Sequence record: OP555980.1
Direction: 5' to 3' (one strand)
DNA from: Escherichia phage vB_EcoM-UFV06
DNA length: 64,000 nucleotides
Made by a program: the position numbers and the translations under genes
The notes under the pieces: generated by a model
Database searches by the model: none
Told to the model about the DNA's origin: nothing
The model's input: the letters and a program-made list of their open reading frames with translations, nothing else
Shown: positions 36,654 through 46,530 of the stretch, in pieces
Layout: each line of letters starts with the position of its first letter
Numbering within the stretch: position 1 is the stretch's first letter

Positions 36654-37463
36654 ATGCTTAAAGAACAACTGATTGCCGAAGCGCAGAAAATTGATGCTTC
36701 CGTTGCTCTTGATAGTATTTTCGAATCAGTTAATATTTCTCCGGAAGCAAAAGAAACTTTCGGCACTGTATTCGAAGCTACCGTCAAGCAGCACGCCGTT
36801 AAATTAGCTGAATCTCATATCGCTAAAATTGCTGAAAAAGCAGAAGAAGAAGTAGAAAAAAATAAAGAAGAAGCAGAAGAAAAAGCTGAGAAGAAAATCG
36901 CTGAGCAAGCTTCTAAATTCCTTGACCATCTTGCAAAAGAATGGCTCACTGAAAATAAATTAGCAGTAGATAAAGGTATCAAAGCCGAACTGTTTGAATC
37001 CATGCTTGGTGGATTGAAAGAGCTCTTCGTTGAACACAACGTTGTTGTTCCAGAAGAATCAGTTGATGTTGTAGCTGAAATGGAAGAAGAACTGCAAGAA
37101 CATAAAGAAGAATCAGCTCGTCTGTTCGAAGAACTCAATAAGCGTGACGCATATATCAATTATGTGCAGCGTGAAGTGGCATTGAGCGAAAGTACTAAAG
37201 ATCTGACTGAGTCTCAAAAAGAAAAAGTCTCTGCTCTGGTCGAAGGTATTGATTATTCAGATGCATTCTCAAGCAAATTGAGTGCCATCGTAGAAATGGT
37301 GAAGAAATCTAATAAAGATGAAAGCACTATTACTGAGAGTATAAATACTCCTGATACTGAAGCAGCCGGACTGAATTTCGTCACTGAAGCTGTAGAAGAT
37401 AAATCTGCGCAAGGTGCAGAAGATATTGTAAGTGTATATGCGAAAGTCGCATCTCGTTTCTAA
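36654..37463 (+). CDS. 22: gp22 prohead scaffold protein
   Basis: 269 aa as T4 gp22; Glu/Lys-rich helical. Confidence 0.85.
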   Translation: MLKEQLIAEAQKIDASVALDSIFESVNISPEAKETFGTVFEATVKQHAVKLAESHIAKIAEKAEEEVEKNKEEAEEKAEKKIAEQASKFLDHLAKEWLTENKLAVDKGIKAELFESMLGGLKELFVEHNVVVPEESVDVVAEMEEELQEHKEESARLFEELNKRDAYINYVQREVALSESTKDLTESQKEKVSALVEGIDYSDAFSSKLSAIVEMVKKSNKDESTITESINTPDTEAAGLNFVTEAVEDKSAQGAEDIVSVYAKVASRF

Positions 37464-37481
37464 TTTTAAAGGTTAACACAA

Positions 37482-39047
37482 ATGACTATCAAAACTAAAG
37501 CTGAACTTTTGAACAAATGGAAGCCATTACTGGAAGGTGAAGGTTTACCGGAAATTGCTAATAGCAAACAAGCGATTATCGCTAAAATCTTTGAAAACCA
37601 GGAAAAAGATTTCCAGACAGCTCCGGAATATAAAGACGAAAAAATTGCTCAGGCATTCGGTTCTTTCTTAACAGAAGCTGAAATCGGTGGTGACCACGGT
37701 TACAATGCTACCAACATCGCTGCAGGTCAGACTTCTGGCGCAGTAACCCAGATTGGCCCGGCTGTTATGGGTATGGTACGTCGTGCTATTCCTAACCTGA
37801 TTGCTTTCGATATTTGTGGTGTTCAGCCAATGAACAGCCCGACTGGTCAGGTATTCGCACTGCGCGCAGTATATGGTAAAGATCCAATCGCTTCCGGCGC
37901 TAAAGAAGCATTCCACCCAATGTATGGTCCAGATGCAATGTTCTCTGGTCAGGGTGCTGCTAAGAAATTCGCTGCTTTGAAAGCAAGTGATACTCTTGAA
38001 GTTGGAACTATTTACACCCACTTCTTCCAGGACACTGGTACAGTATATCTGCAAGCTACAGAAGCTAAACAAATTGATTCAGGCGCATCTGACGCAGCTA
38101 AATTAGATGCTGAAATTAAGAAACAAATGGAAGCAGGTGTACTGGTAGAAATCGCTGAAGGTATGGCTACTTCTATCGCTGAACTTCAGGAAGGTTTTAA
38201 CGGTTCTACCGATAACCCATGGAATGAAATGGGCTTCCGTATCGATAAGCAAGTTATCGAAGCTAAATCTCGTCAGCTGAAAGCTGCTTACTCTATTGAA
38301 TTAGCACAAGACCTCCGCGCTGTTCACGGTATGGATGCTGATGCTGAACTGTCTGGTATTCTGGCTACAGAAATTATGCTGGAAATCAACCGTGAAGTTG
38401 TTGATTGGATTAACTACTCCGCTCAGGTTGGTAAATCTGGTATGACCCTGACTCCGGGTTCTAAAGCTGGTGTATTCGACTTCCAGGACCCAATCGATAT
38501 TCGTGGTGCTCGCTGGGCGGGTGAATCCTTTAAAGCTCTGTTGTTCCAGATTGACAAAGAAGCAGTTGAAATTGCTCGTCAGACCGGTCGTGGTGAAGGT
38601 AACTTCATTATTGCTTCCCGTAACGTAGTTAACGTTCTGGCTTCAGTTGATACCGGCATTTCTTATGCTGCACAGGGTCTGGCTACCGGCTTTAACACTG
38701 ATACTACCAAGTCAGTATTTGCTGGTGTTCTGGGTGGTAAATACCGTGTATATATCGACCAGTATGCTAAACAGGATTATTTCACTGTAGGTTATAAAGG
38801 TCCGAACGAAATGGATGCTGGTATTTACTACGCTCCATATGTAGCTCTGACTCCACTGCGTGGTTCTGATCCGAAGAACTTCCAACCGGTAATGGGGTTC
38901 AAAACTCGTTACGGTATCGGTATCAACCCATTTGCAGAATCCGCTGCTCAGGCTCCGGCTTCTCGCATTCAGAGTGGTATGCCTTCTATCCTGAACAGCC
39001 TTGGTAAGAACGCTTACTTCCGCCGTGTATATGTTAAAGGTATCTAA
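37482..39047 (+). CDS. 23: gp23 major capsid protein
   Basis: 521 aa; MTIKTKAELLNKWKPLLEGEGLPEIANSKQAIIAKIFENQEKDFQTAPEYKDEKIAQAFGSFLTEAEIGG matches T4 gp23 as recalled. Confidence 0.95.
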   Translation: MTIKTKAELLNKWKPLLEGEGLPEIANSKQAIIAKIFENQEKDFQTAPEYKDEKIAQAFGSFLTEAEIGGDHGYNATNIAAGQTSGAVTQIGPAVMGMVRRAIPNLIAFDICGVQPMNSPTGQVFALRAVYGKDPIASGAKEAFHPMYGPDAMFSGQGAAKKFAALKASDTLEVGTIYTHFFQDTGTVYLQATEAKQIDSGASDAAKLDAEIKKQMEAGVLVEIAEGMATSIAELQEGFNGSTDNPWNEMGFRIDKQVIEAKSRQLKAAYSIELAQDLRAVHGMDADAELSGILATEIMLEINREVVDWINYSAQVGKSGMTLTPGSKAGVFDFQDPIDIRGARWAGESFKALLFQIDKEAVEIARQTGRGEGNFIIASRNVVNVLASVDTGISYAAQGLATGFNTDTTKSVFAGVLGGKYRVYIDQYAKQDYFTVGYKGPNEMDAGIYYAPYVALTPLRGSDPKNFQPVMGFKTRYGIGINPFAESAAQAPASRIQSGMPSILNSLGKNAYFRRVYVKGI

Positions 39048-39062
39048 TCTTTGACGATTTAA

Positions 39063-39078
39063 GGGACCTTCGGGTCCC
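39063..39078 (+). terminator. stem-loop/terminator after gene 23
   Basis: GGGACCTTCGGGTCCC followed by T-rich tract. Confidence 0.6.
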
Positions 39079-39095
39079 TTTAGTTGTTTTTATGG

Positions 39096-39103
39096 TATAA
39101 ATA
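39096..39103 (+). promoter_or_regulatory. late-promoter motif upstream of gene 24
   Basis: TATAAATA after the gp23 terminator hairpin. Confidence 0.5.
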
Positions 39104-39130
39104 AATCATATAAACTGAAAGGAAAGCGCA

Positions 39131-40414
39131 ATGGCTAAAATCAACGAACTTCTGCGCGAATCAACCACAACGAATAGCAACTCAATCGGTCGCCCAAATC
39201 TCGTTGCTTTGACTCGCGCTACCACTAAATTAATATATTCTGACATTGTAGCAACGCAAAGAACTAATCAACCTGTTGCTGCTTTTTATGGTATCAAATA
39301 CCTTAACCCAGACAACGAATTTACATTTAAAACTGGTGCTACTTATGCTGGCGAAGCTGGATATGTAGACCGAGAACAAATCACAGAATTAACAGAAGAG
39401 TCTAAATTAACTCTCAATAAAGGCGATTTATTCAAATATAATAATATCGTTTATAAAGTATTAGAAGATACACCATTTGCTGATATTGAAGAAAGTGATT
39501 TAGAATTAGCTCTTCAGATTGCAATTGTTCTTTTAAAGGTTCGTCTATTTTCTGACGCAGCGTCAACAAGCAAATTTGAAAGCTCTGATAGTGAAATTGC
39601 GGATGCTAGATTCCAGATTAATAAATGGCAAACCGCAGTTAAATCTCGCAAACTTAAAACTGGTATCACAGTTGAATTAGCACAAGATTTAGAAGCAAAC
39701 GGATTCGATGCTCCTAATTTCTTAGAAGATTTGCTTGCAACCGAAATGGCAGATGAAATCAATAAAGATATTCTGCAGTCTTTGATTACAGTATCAAAAC
39801 GTTATAAAGTTACAGGAATTACTGATACTGGATTCATTGATTTGAGTTATGCATCTGCACCTGAAGCTGGTCGTTCATTATACCGAATGGTATGCGAAAT
39901 GGTTTCACATATCCAGAAAGAATCAACTTATACTGCAACGTTCTGTGTTGCTTCAGCTCGTGCTGCTGCGATTCTTGCTGCATCAGGTTGGTTAAAACAT
40001 AAACCAGAAGATGATAAATATCTTTCACAAAATGCCTATGGGTTCTTAGCTAATGGTTTGCCGCTTTATTGCGATACTAACAGCCCATTAGATTATGTAA
40101 TCGTTGGCGTAGTAGAAAATATCGGTGAAAAAGAAATTGTTGGATCAATTTTCTATGCTCCATATACAGAAGGTCTCGACTTAGATGACCCTGAACATGT
40201 AGGTGCATTTAAAGTTGTGGTTGATCCAGAAAGCTTACAACCGTCTATCGGTTTATTAGTTAGATATGCTTTATCTGCAAATCCTTACACCGTAGCAAAA
40301 GATGAAAAAGAAGCAAGAGTAATTGATGGTGGAGACATGGATAAAATGGCGGGTCGTTCAGATTTGTCTGTTTTATTAGGTGTTAAGCTACCGAAAATTA
40401 TCATTGATGAATAA
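39131..40414 (+). CDS. 24: gp24 capsid vertex protein
   Basis: 427 aa, paralogous to gp23; TATAAATA at 39096-39103. Confidence 0.9.
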   Translation: MAKINELLRESTTTNSNSIGRPNLVALTRATTKLIYSDIVATQRTNQPVAAFYGIKYLNPDNEFTFKTGATYAGEAGYVDREQITELTEESKLTLNKGDLFKYNNIVYKVLEDTPFADIEESDLELALQIAIVLLKVRLFSDAASTSKFESSDSEIADARFQINKWQTAVKSRKLKTGITVELAQDLEANGFDAPNFLEDLLATEMADEINKDILQSLITVSKRYKVTGITDTGFIDLSYASAPEAGRSLYRMVCEMVSHIQKESTYTATFCVASARAAAILAASGWLKHKPEDDKYLSQNAYGFLANGLPLYCDTNSPLDYVIVGVVENIGEKEIVGSIFYAPYTEGLDLDDPEHVGAFKVVVDPESLQPSIGLLVRYALSANPYTVAKDEKEARVIDGGDMDKMAGRSDLSVLLGVKLPKIIIDE

Positions 40415-40420
40415 AACAAA

Positions 40421-40436
40421 GGGACCGAAAGGTCCC
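40421..40436. terminator. bidirectional terminator between gene 24 (+) and rnlB (-)
   Basis: GGGACCGAAAGGTCCC with flanking A-run and T-run. Confidence 0.6.
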
Positions 40437-40443
40437 TTTTTAT

Positions 40444-41448
40444 TTAGCTCACCAACTCAATCCAAGCCGGACGAAGTACATCTTGTACCATTTTAACTAA
40501 TTCCTTTTTAACCAAAGAAGGATTATCCGCTTGAGTTAGAGTAATACCTTCACGAGAAGTTTCTTCCAAAATATCTTGAACAGTTAATCCCATCACCTTT
40601 CCAAAATCTTTTGGACCAATTTCGCCAATTTTGGAAATAACGTTATTTACTCGGTTCAATGTAACATAACAAGCTAAAATTCCAACCAATTTATTATCAG
40701 CTTCTGACAATTCAACTTTAGCTTTAATAGGCTTATCAGACTTTTTCTTTTCACTAAATTTAGAGTTCTTGCATTTGATGGCCACACGATTGCGATTAGG
40801 CAGCCAAGAAGGATAACAAGGTTTCAATACATATCCTTCAGCAGTAAATACTTCGCCTTTTGCTTCGGCATTCCAAACGCATTTATTTGCATCAACTAAT
40901 CCAGCATGGTCTACTGTAAAATTATAATCTTGGACGACAGAATCTAAATCATTTGGCAATTTAATAAGCTCTTCAAATTTACCGCGACCTAAAAGTGGAG
41001 CCATTTTAAATTTAAATGTATTACAGAATGATTCCATCATATAATCATCGACATAAGTCACATCACCACTTTCTGTAGTGACAATAATGTCAAATACATA
41101 AAAATCTTTATCACCATAATCAACATTCTTCTGAATGCCAGGACCAGCGAATTCGCCAAATACCTGATAAGTCACAACAGCTGAAGTTTCCATAATATCT
41201 TGTACTGCTTTAATGGAATCAGCGTAATTCTTTAGAATAATTTCATACCCAAAGAAATCTTCAGCAGGAAGAATCGGTCCAGTACGTTTAGCGCAAGTTA
41301 ATTTATCACGCTCAATAATCAATGAGAAATTTGTGCCGTGAATCTTTTCACGAGCTACCCATTCGCCGCCAGTCAATCCCAAGCTATAAAGTTTTTCAAT
41401 AAATTTAGAGTTGTAATGATTTTCAAGACTGCTATACTTTTTAAACAT
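40444..41448 (-). CDS. rnlB: RNA ligase 2
   Basis: 334 aa; nucleotidyltransferase lysine motif EKIHGTNF. Confidence 0.85.
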   Translation of the reverse strand: MFKKYSSLENHYNSKFIEKLYSLGLTGGEWVAREKIHGTNFSLIIERDKLTCAKRTGPILPAEDFFGYEIILKNYADSIKAVQDIMETSAVVTYQVFGEFAGPGIQKNVDYGDKDFYVFDIIVTTESGDVTYVDDYMMESFCNTFKFKMAPLLGRGKFEELIKLPNDLDSVVQDYNFTVDHAGLVDANKCVWNAEAKGEVFTAEGYVLKPCYPSWLPNRNRVAIKCKNSKFSEKKKSDKPIKAKVELSEADNKLVGILACYVTLNRVNNVISKIGEIGPKDFGKVMGLTVQDILEETSREGITLTQADNPSLVKKELVKMVQDVLRPAWIELVS

Positions 41449-41457
41449 AATTAATCC

Positions 41458-41736
41458 TCAAAATGTAATTTCTAACCAATCACCATCACGCTGATCACTA
41501 TTGACTTTAAAATTAAATCCTTCTTTTCTCAACCAATCACCAATTTCTTCAGTAATCAATTTATCGCGAGCAGTACAATAATAACTAAAATATGTTTTAC
41601 CTTGTTCAGCTGCTTTATTAGCAAGTTCTGAAAAATCTTTAATAAAGCACTCTAGCTTAAACTGTTTGCTTTTTAATGCTTTTTCGCGTAATTGATTAGC
41701 AAAAGATTCATTTTCATAAAGATCATACTGTTCCAT
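41458..41736 (-). CDS. hypothetical protein (24.2 position)
   Basis: 92-aa ORF downstream of rnlB region. Confidence 0.5.
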   Translation of the reverse strand: MEQYDLYENESFANQLREKALKSKQFKLECFIKDFSELANKAAEQGKTYFSYYCTARDKLITEEIGDWLRKEGFNFKVNSDQRDGDWLEITF

Positions 41737-41938
41737 TTTTCACCTTTTTATTGATATGTCTTTTTCTATAGACAACTTTTTCTCGAGTTTCAAATTTATT
41801 CTTAGCAGTCATAGCTCGAGCCCATAATACAGCCACTTCTTTTGCCTGTAAGTTCAATTCACGAGCAATTTCAATGAATGACTTTCCAGACTCATGAAGA
41901 GTAAACACCACAACCTCAGTTCTCATAATCAATCTCAT
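41723..41938 (-). CDS. hypothetical protein (24.3 position)
   Basis: 71-aa ORF. Confidence 0.5.
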   Translation of the reverse strand: MRLIMRTEVVVFTLHESGKSFIEIARELNLQAKEVAVLWARAMTAKNKFETREKVVYRKRHINKKVKNGTV

Positions 41939-42027
41939 GTTATTGAGTTGGTGCCATTATATACATCGTTTTCTGATTGTGTTTTGTGTGCTTTCAAAAT
42001 GAAGAAAGGGGCCGAAGCCCCTTACGA

Positions 42028-43445
42028 TTATGGATAGGTATAGATGATACCAGTTTCTAAAGCTGTTTTGTGAATGATGTATCCATTACGCGATTCTTGG
42101 ACATCAACTTCTGGATAGTCTTTCATCATCTTCTGAAGCGTATAACGATGCAAGTAGTACTTACTATCTGGGTCGTCAGTTTTCCAATCTTTACCTTCTT
42201 CAGTCATTTTTTGGATTTCATCCATAACCCACCAACCGCACCAGATATAAGCTGAAGTACGGTGCGGAAGAGGATGAACATAAGGCAATTCACCTTCTGG
42301 TTCTGGAGCAACTTTATCAGTCACTTGAACTTGACCTGTTGTTTTAACTGTTTTGCTATCATAATCAGTTGCTGTAACGACAGCAGTAACTTCAATAGTT
42401 TGACTTCCAACAGATGAGGTATCGACAGTATATACGTTAGTTGACCCTTCTACAGGAGAAGAATCTTTCTTCCACGAGTAAGTAATTTGTGCTTCTTCTG
42501 GAGCATCCGTAACATTAGCAGTAAATGTAGCCGAAGCATCTTGCTGAACGTTAATAGAAGGAGGAGTCAATGTAACCTGTGGATTCATTGTCTTCTTATT
42601 AACTGTCAATGATACTTCATTAGAAGTAACTTCCTTTTCATTGTAATTTTCTGCTGTTACTTGGGCTACGCATTTAATTCTTTTTACTCCACTTGTAGTT
42701 GGAGTATAGCTAAATGTAGAGTTAGTTTCTCCACCAACTTGTGAATCATCTACATACCATTTATATGTAGCAGACGCTCCATCAGGTTGAGAAGCTAAGG
42801 CAGCAGTAAATTGAACTGGGGTTCCAATTACTCCAGCTGAAGGACTAGCAGGAGTTACTGCCAATGTAGTTGTCTGTGTCTTTTTATTAACAGTCAGTGA
42901 TACTTCATTCGAAGTAACGGTTTTTTCATCATAATTTGTCGCGGTTACTTGAGCTACACACTTGATTTTTTTAACTCCGCTTGCGGCAGGAGTGTAATTG
43001 AATGTAGCAGAAGTCGCTTCGTCTACAGGAGAACTGTCAACGTACCATTGATACGTAGCAGATGCACCTGATGGCTGCGAAGCTAAAGCAGCGGTAAATT
43101 TAACAGCTGTTCCAATTACTCCTGCTGGAGGACTATTGGGAGTTACGGCTAAGGTAGTCGTCTGAGTTTTGTTTTTGACTGTGATAGTTGTAGTAGCTTC
43201 TGCTGTTTCAGCTTCAGATTCTGGAACTGTATTTGTTGCAACAACTTTAATAGTCTTTTGACCAGCAGGACCTTTTAATACATAATCAAAAGTTGCTTCA
43301 GACCCATCTTGTGGAGCATTATCTACACTCCAAGCATAAGTAATAGTTCCACCTCCAGTTTCACCACGGGTGCAGCAGTAAACTGCTTGGTTTCATCAAT
43401 AACTCCTGACGGTGCTTTAGGAGTTATATCAACTGTAAAAGCCAT
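42028..43445 (-). pseudogene. hoc: hoc (highly immunogenic outer capsid protein), interrupted by a frameshift near codon 29
   Basis: ATG at 43445 gives MAFTVDITPKAPSGVIDETKQFTAAP then stops at 43325-43323 after 40 codons; rest of Hoc (Ig-like domains and C-terminal ...PYVHPLPHRTSAYIWCGWWVMDEIQ...IIYTYP) is open in another frame from 43392 to 42028 with no ATG before a TTG at 42864; span is 1418 nt (2 mod 3). Confidence 0.7.
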
Positions 43446-43454
43446 AAGTTATCC

Positions 43455-44135
43455 TTATTTTAATGTTACGAAAGAAGAATTGCGTGTTTCACGAATTAAA
43501 ACTGATCCGTCGCGATTAATGTAATAAATTAAGCTAAACAAAGTTTGGTGTGCTGACGCGTGTTCAAAACTAGTTGGATGAGATTTCCAATCAGGAGTTT
43601 CAGCGATCCATTGATAAATCCACCAAGGAACCGTACAGAATCCTGGATTTTTCCCCAATAATTGAAGATTCGGGCTAAAGTTTTCCGGAAGAGTAAATAC
43701 AGACGGCTTTTCAGATTCAATAATCTCAGCTACAGCTTGTTCAAACTTTTCTTCAACAAAAGGAGTGTCTTCAATCAAAACATCAGTATTTTCAGGAATT
43801 TTATCCGTTTCTACAACTTCAATTTTAATATCAGATTTAACTGGAGAATCAATCAGAAGCGCTGCTTCTGGATTAACTTCTTCATCGTCATATTTTAATC
43901 CCTCTGCAGCATCAGCAGCATCAATTAAGTCTTTAATAGATAACCCATCAGTCTCTGGCATAGGTTCACTAGCGAGCTTCTGGAGGGCTTCTTCAATATC
44001 AACAACGATATTATCAAAAGATTTATTCTTTTTGACCTTTATACCAAACTGTTCAGCATATTCAGCTAATTTAGCTTTAGCTTCTTTATTATCATCAAGA
44101 GCCTTCAGCTCTGCAATATAATCTTTATCTATCAT
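43455..44135 (-). CDS. inh: Inh, inhibitor of prohead protease
   Basis: 226 aa as T4 Inh; position between hoc and uvsW. Confidence 0.7.
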   Translation of the reverse strand: MIDKDYIAELKALDDNKEAKAKLAEYAEQFGIKVKKNKSFDNIVVDIEEALQKLASEPMPETDGLSIKDLIDAADAAEGLKYDDEEVNPEAALLIDSPVKSDIKIEVVETDKIPENTDVLIEDTPFVEEKFEQAVAEIIESEKPSVFTLPENFSPNLQLLGKNPGFCTVPWWIYQWIAETPDWKSHPTSFEHASAHQTLFSLIYYINRDGSVLIRETRNSSFVTLK

Positions 44136-44150
44136 AATATTTCCTCAGTA

Positions 44151-44158
44151 TAAATATA
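44151..44158 (+). promoter_or_regulatory. late-promoter motif upstream of uvsW
   Basis: TATAAATA about 28 nt before ATG. Confidence 0.5.
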
Positions 44159-44185
44159 GATATATTTATTACATGGTATTTAGAC

Positions 44186-45697
44186 ATGACTGACATTAAA
44201 GTACATTTTTATGATTTTAGTCACGTGAGAATTGATTGTGAAGAAAGTACATTTCATGAACTCCGTGATTTCTTTTCGTTTGAGGCCGATGGATATAGAT
44301 TTAACCCTCGCTTCAGATATGGCAACTGGGATGGACGAATCCGTCTTTTAGATTATAATCGCCTTCTTCCATTCGGCTTAGTCGGGCAAATTAAAAAGTT
44401 CTGTGATAACTTTGGCTATAAAGCCTGGATTGACCCACAAATTAACGAAAAAGAAGAATTATCAAGAAAAGATTTTGATGAATGGCTTTCTAAATTAGAA
44501 ATCTATTCAGGAAATAAAAGAATTGAACCACACTGGTATCAAAAAGATGCAGTGTTCGAAGGATTAGTTAATCGTCGTAGAATTCTTAATCTTCCAACAT
44601 CTGCAGGTAAATCTTTAATTCAAGCTTTGCTTGCACGTTATTATTTGGAAAATTATGAAGGTAAAATTCTTATCATTGTTCCAACAACTGCTCTGACAAC
44701 TCAGATGGCTGATGACTTTGTTGACTATCGTTTATTCAGTCATGCAATGATAAAGAAAATTGGTGGCGGAGCATCAAAAGATGATAAATATAAAAATGAT
44801 GCACCAGTCGTTGTTGGTACATGGCAAACTGTAGTAAAACAACCAAAAGAATGGTTCTCACAATTTGGAATGATGATGAATGATGAATGTCATCTTGCTA
44901 CAGGAAAAAGTATTTCATCTATCATATCAGGTTTAAATAACTGCATGTTCAAATTTGGTCTATCAGGTTCATTACGTGATGGCAAAGCCAATATCATGCA
45001 GTATGTTGGAATGTTCGGTGAAATATTTAAGCCAGTAACGACTTCTAAATTAATGGAAGATGGGCAAGTAACTGAGCTAAAAATTAATAGTATTTTTCTT
45101 CGTTATCCTGATGAGTTCACTACTAAATTAAAGGGAAAAACTTACCAAGAAGAAATAAAAATTATTACTGGGCTCAGTAAAAGAAATAAATGGATCGCTA
45201 AATTAGCTATTAAGCTTGCGCAAAAAGATGAAAACGCTTTTGTCATGTTTAAACATGTATCGCACGGTAAAGCTATTTTCGATTTAATTAAAAATGAATA
45301 CGATAAAGTTTATTACGTATCAGGGGAAGTTGATACCGAAACCCGCAATATAATGAAAACCTTAGCTGAAAATGGTAAAGGAATAATTATAGTAGCTAGT
45401 TATGGTGTATTTTCTACTGGTATTTCAGTTAAAAATCTGCATCACGTTGTTTTAGCGCACGGTGTTAAATCAAAAATCATTGTATTACAAACAATCGGTC
45501 GTGTATTACGTAAGCATGGTTCTAAAACAATCGCAACTGTCTGGGACCTCATAGATGATTGTGGTGTTAAGCCAAAATCTGCTAATACGAAAAAGAAATA
45601 TGTTCATTTGAACTATCTTTTAAAACACGGCATTGATCGTATTCAGCGCTACGCAGATGAAAAATTCAATTACGTAATGAAAACAGTTAATTTATAA
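44186..45697 (+). CDS. uvsW: UvsW helicase
   Basis: 503 aa; Walker A LPTSAGKS, DECH box; TATAAATA at 44151-44158. Confidence 0.9.
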   Translation: MTDIKVHFYDFSHVRIDCEESTFHELRDFFSFEADGYRFNPRFRYGNWDGRIRLLDYNRLLPFGLVGQIKKFCDNFGYKAWIDPQINEKEELSRKDFDEWLSKLEIYSGNKRIEPHWYQKDAVFEGLVNRRRILNLPTSAGKSLIQALLARYYLENYEGKILIIVPTTALTTQMADDFVDYRLFSHAMIKKIGGGASKDDKYKNDAPVVVGTWQTVVKQPKEWFSQFGMMMNDECHLATGKSISSIISGLNNCMFKFGLSGSLRDGKANIMQYVGMFGEIFKPVTTSKLMEDGQVTELKINSIFLRYPDEFTTKLKGKTYQEEIKIITGLSKRNKWIAKLAIKLAQKDENAFVMFKHVSHGKAIFDLIKNEYDKVYYVSGEVDTETRNIMKTLAENGKGIIIVASYGVFSTGISVKNLHHVVLAHGVKSKIIVLQTIGRVLRKHGSKTIATVWDLIDDCGVKPKSANTKKKYVHLNYLLKHGIDRIQRYADEKFNYVMKTVNL

Positions 45698-45722
45698 GGG
45701 CTTCGGCCCTTTGGAGAAAAAG

Positions 45723-45956
45723 ATGTTACTAGAATTTAAACAATTTCTTTATGAAGCTTCTATTGATGAATTTATGGGTAAAATTGCCTCTTGTCAAACA
45801 TTAGAAGGTTTAGAAGAACTTGAAGCTTATTATAAGAAAAGAGTCAAAGAAACTGAATTAAAAGATACTGATGACATCTCTGTGAGAGATGCTTTGGCAG
45901 GAAAAAGAGCTGAATTAGAAGATTCAGACGATGATGAAGTAGAAGAAAGTTTTTAA
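45723..45956 (+). CDS. uvsW.1: UvsW.1 small acidic protein
   Basis: ATG at 45723 with GGAG SD; about 77 aa; follows uvsW. Confidence 0.6.
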   Translation: MLLEFKQFLYEASIDEFMGKIASCQTLEGLEELEAYYKKRVKETELKDTDDISVRDALAGKRAELEDSDDDEVEESF

Positions 45957-46011
45957 ATAAAAAAGGCCCAACCAAAAAAGGAAGGGCCAAAACTATAGAC
46001 TAAAGGTCACA

Positions 46012-46179
46012 CTATAGCAAAAGTTGTGTTTCATTTAATTGTTCTTCCGAACTTTCTGAAACTGGTAGTTCTTTAATGTAATTATAGCAAGGCCCAGGAT
46101 GTACAGGACCTTTGTCTGTTTCAACAACCAATGCAGAATCGATTGGAGTTTTACAGACAACACAAATCTTATCTGACAT
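46012..46179 (-). CDS. hypothetical small Cys-containing protein (uvsY.-2 position)
   Basis: 55 aa from ATG at 46179-46177 with AAGGAGA SD; CxxC...C pattern; late promoter upstream. Confidence 0.55.
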   Translation of the reverse strand: MSDKICVVCKTPIDSALVVETDKGPVHPGPCYNYIKELPVSESSEEQLNETQLLL

Positions 46180-46204
46180 GATTGTCTCCTTTTGAATATA
46201 GTAA

Positions 46205-46212
46205 TATTTATA
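46205..46212 (-). promoter_or_regulatory. late-promoter motif upstream of the uvsY.-2-position gene
   Basis: Plus TATTTATA at 46205-46212. Confidence 0.4.
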
Positions 46213-46302
46213 AACCCATTTTAATCCGCATTTCTTGTACACGGATTAAGCAAGCTTCCATCTCTGCTAATAGTCGAAATACTTCTTTATAATCTGTCAT
46301 AT

Positions 46303-46530
46303 TTACCCCATATCTCTCATATGCATATCAATGCCCATATCTTTAGAATAAAAATATTCATCAAGATATCCGGCAAATTTTCCTTTAATATAAAGAACAT
46401 CTTCACCACATGGGTGGTCGGCCAGGATACGAATATCCTGACGCTTAAGATTATGCTTTTTCATTAAGAATTGAATTTCCGTTTCAAATTCTTCTTCATA
46501 ATTAAAAGCATCATCAATGCTATATCTCAT
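46303..46530 (-). CDS. hypothetical protein (uvsY.-1 position)
   Basis: 75-aa ORF directly downstream of uvsY. Confidence 0.55.
   Translation of the reverse strand: MRYSIDDAFNYEEEFETEIQFLMKKHNLKRQDIRILADHPCGEDVLYIKGKFAGYLDEYFYSKDMGIDMHMRDMG

Noticed and set aside
36815-38072. Long antisense ORFs inside gene 22 (114 aa) and gene 23 (134 aa), and many other 60-110-aa opposite-strand ORFs in the track
   Set aside because: They lie wholly within well-supported structural genes on the other strand, lack start context, and are Ser/Cys-rich as expected for chance frames in AT-rich antisense sequence.
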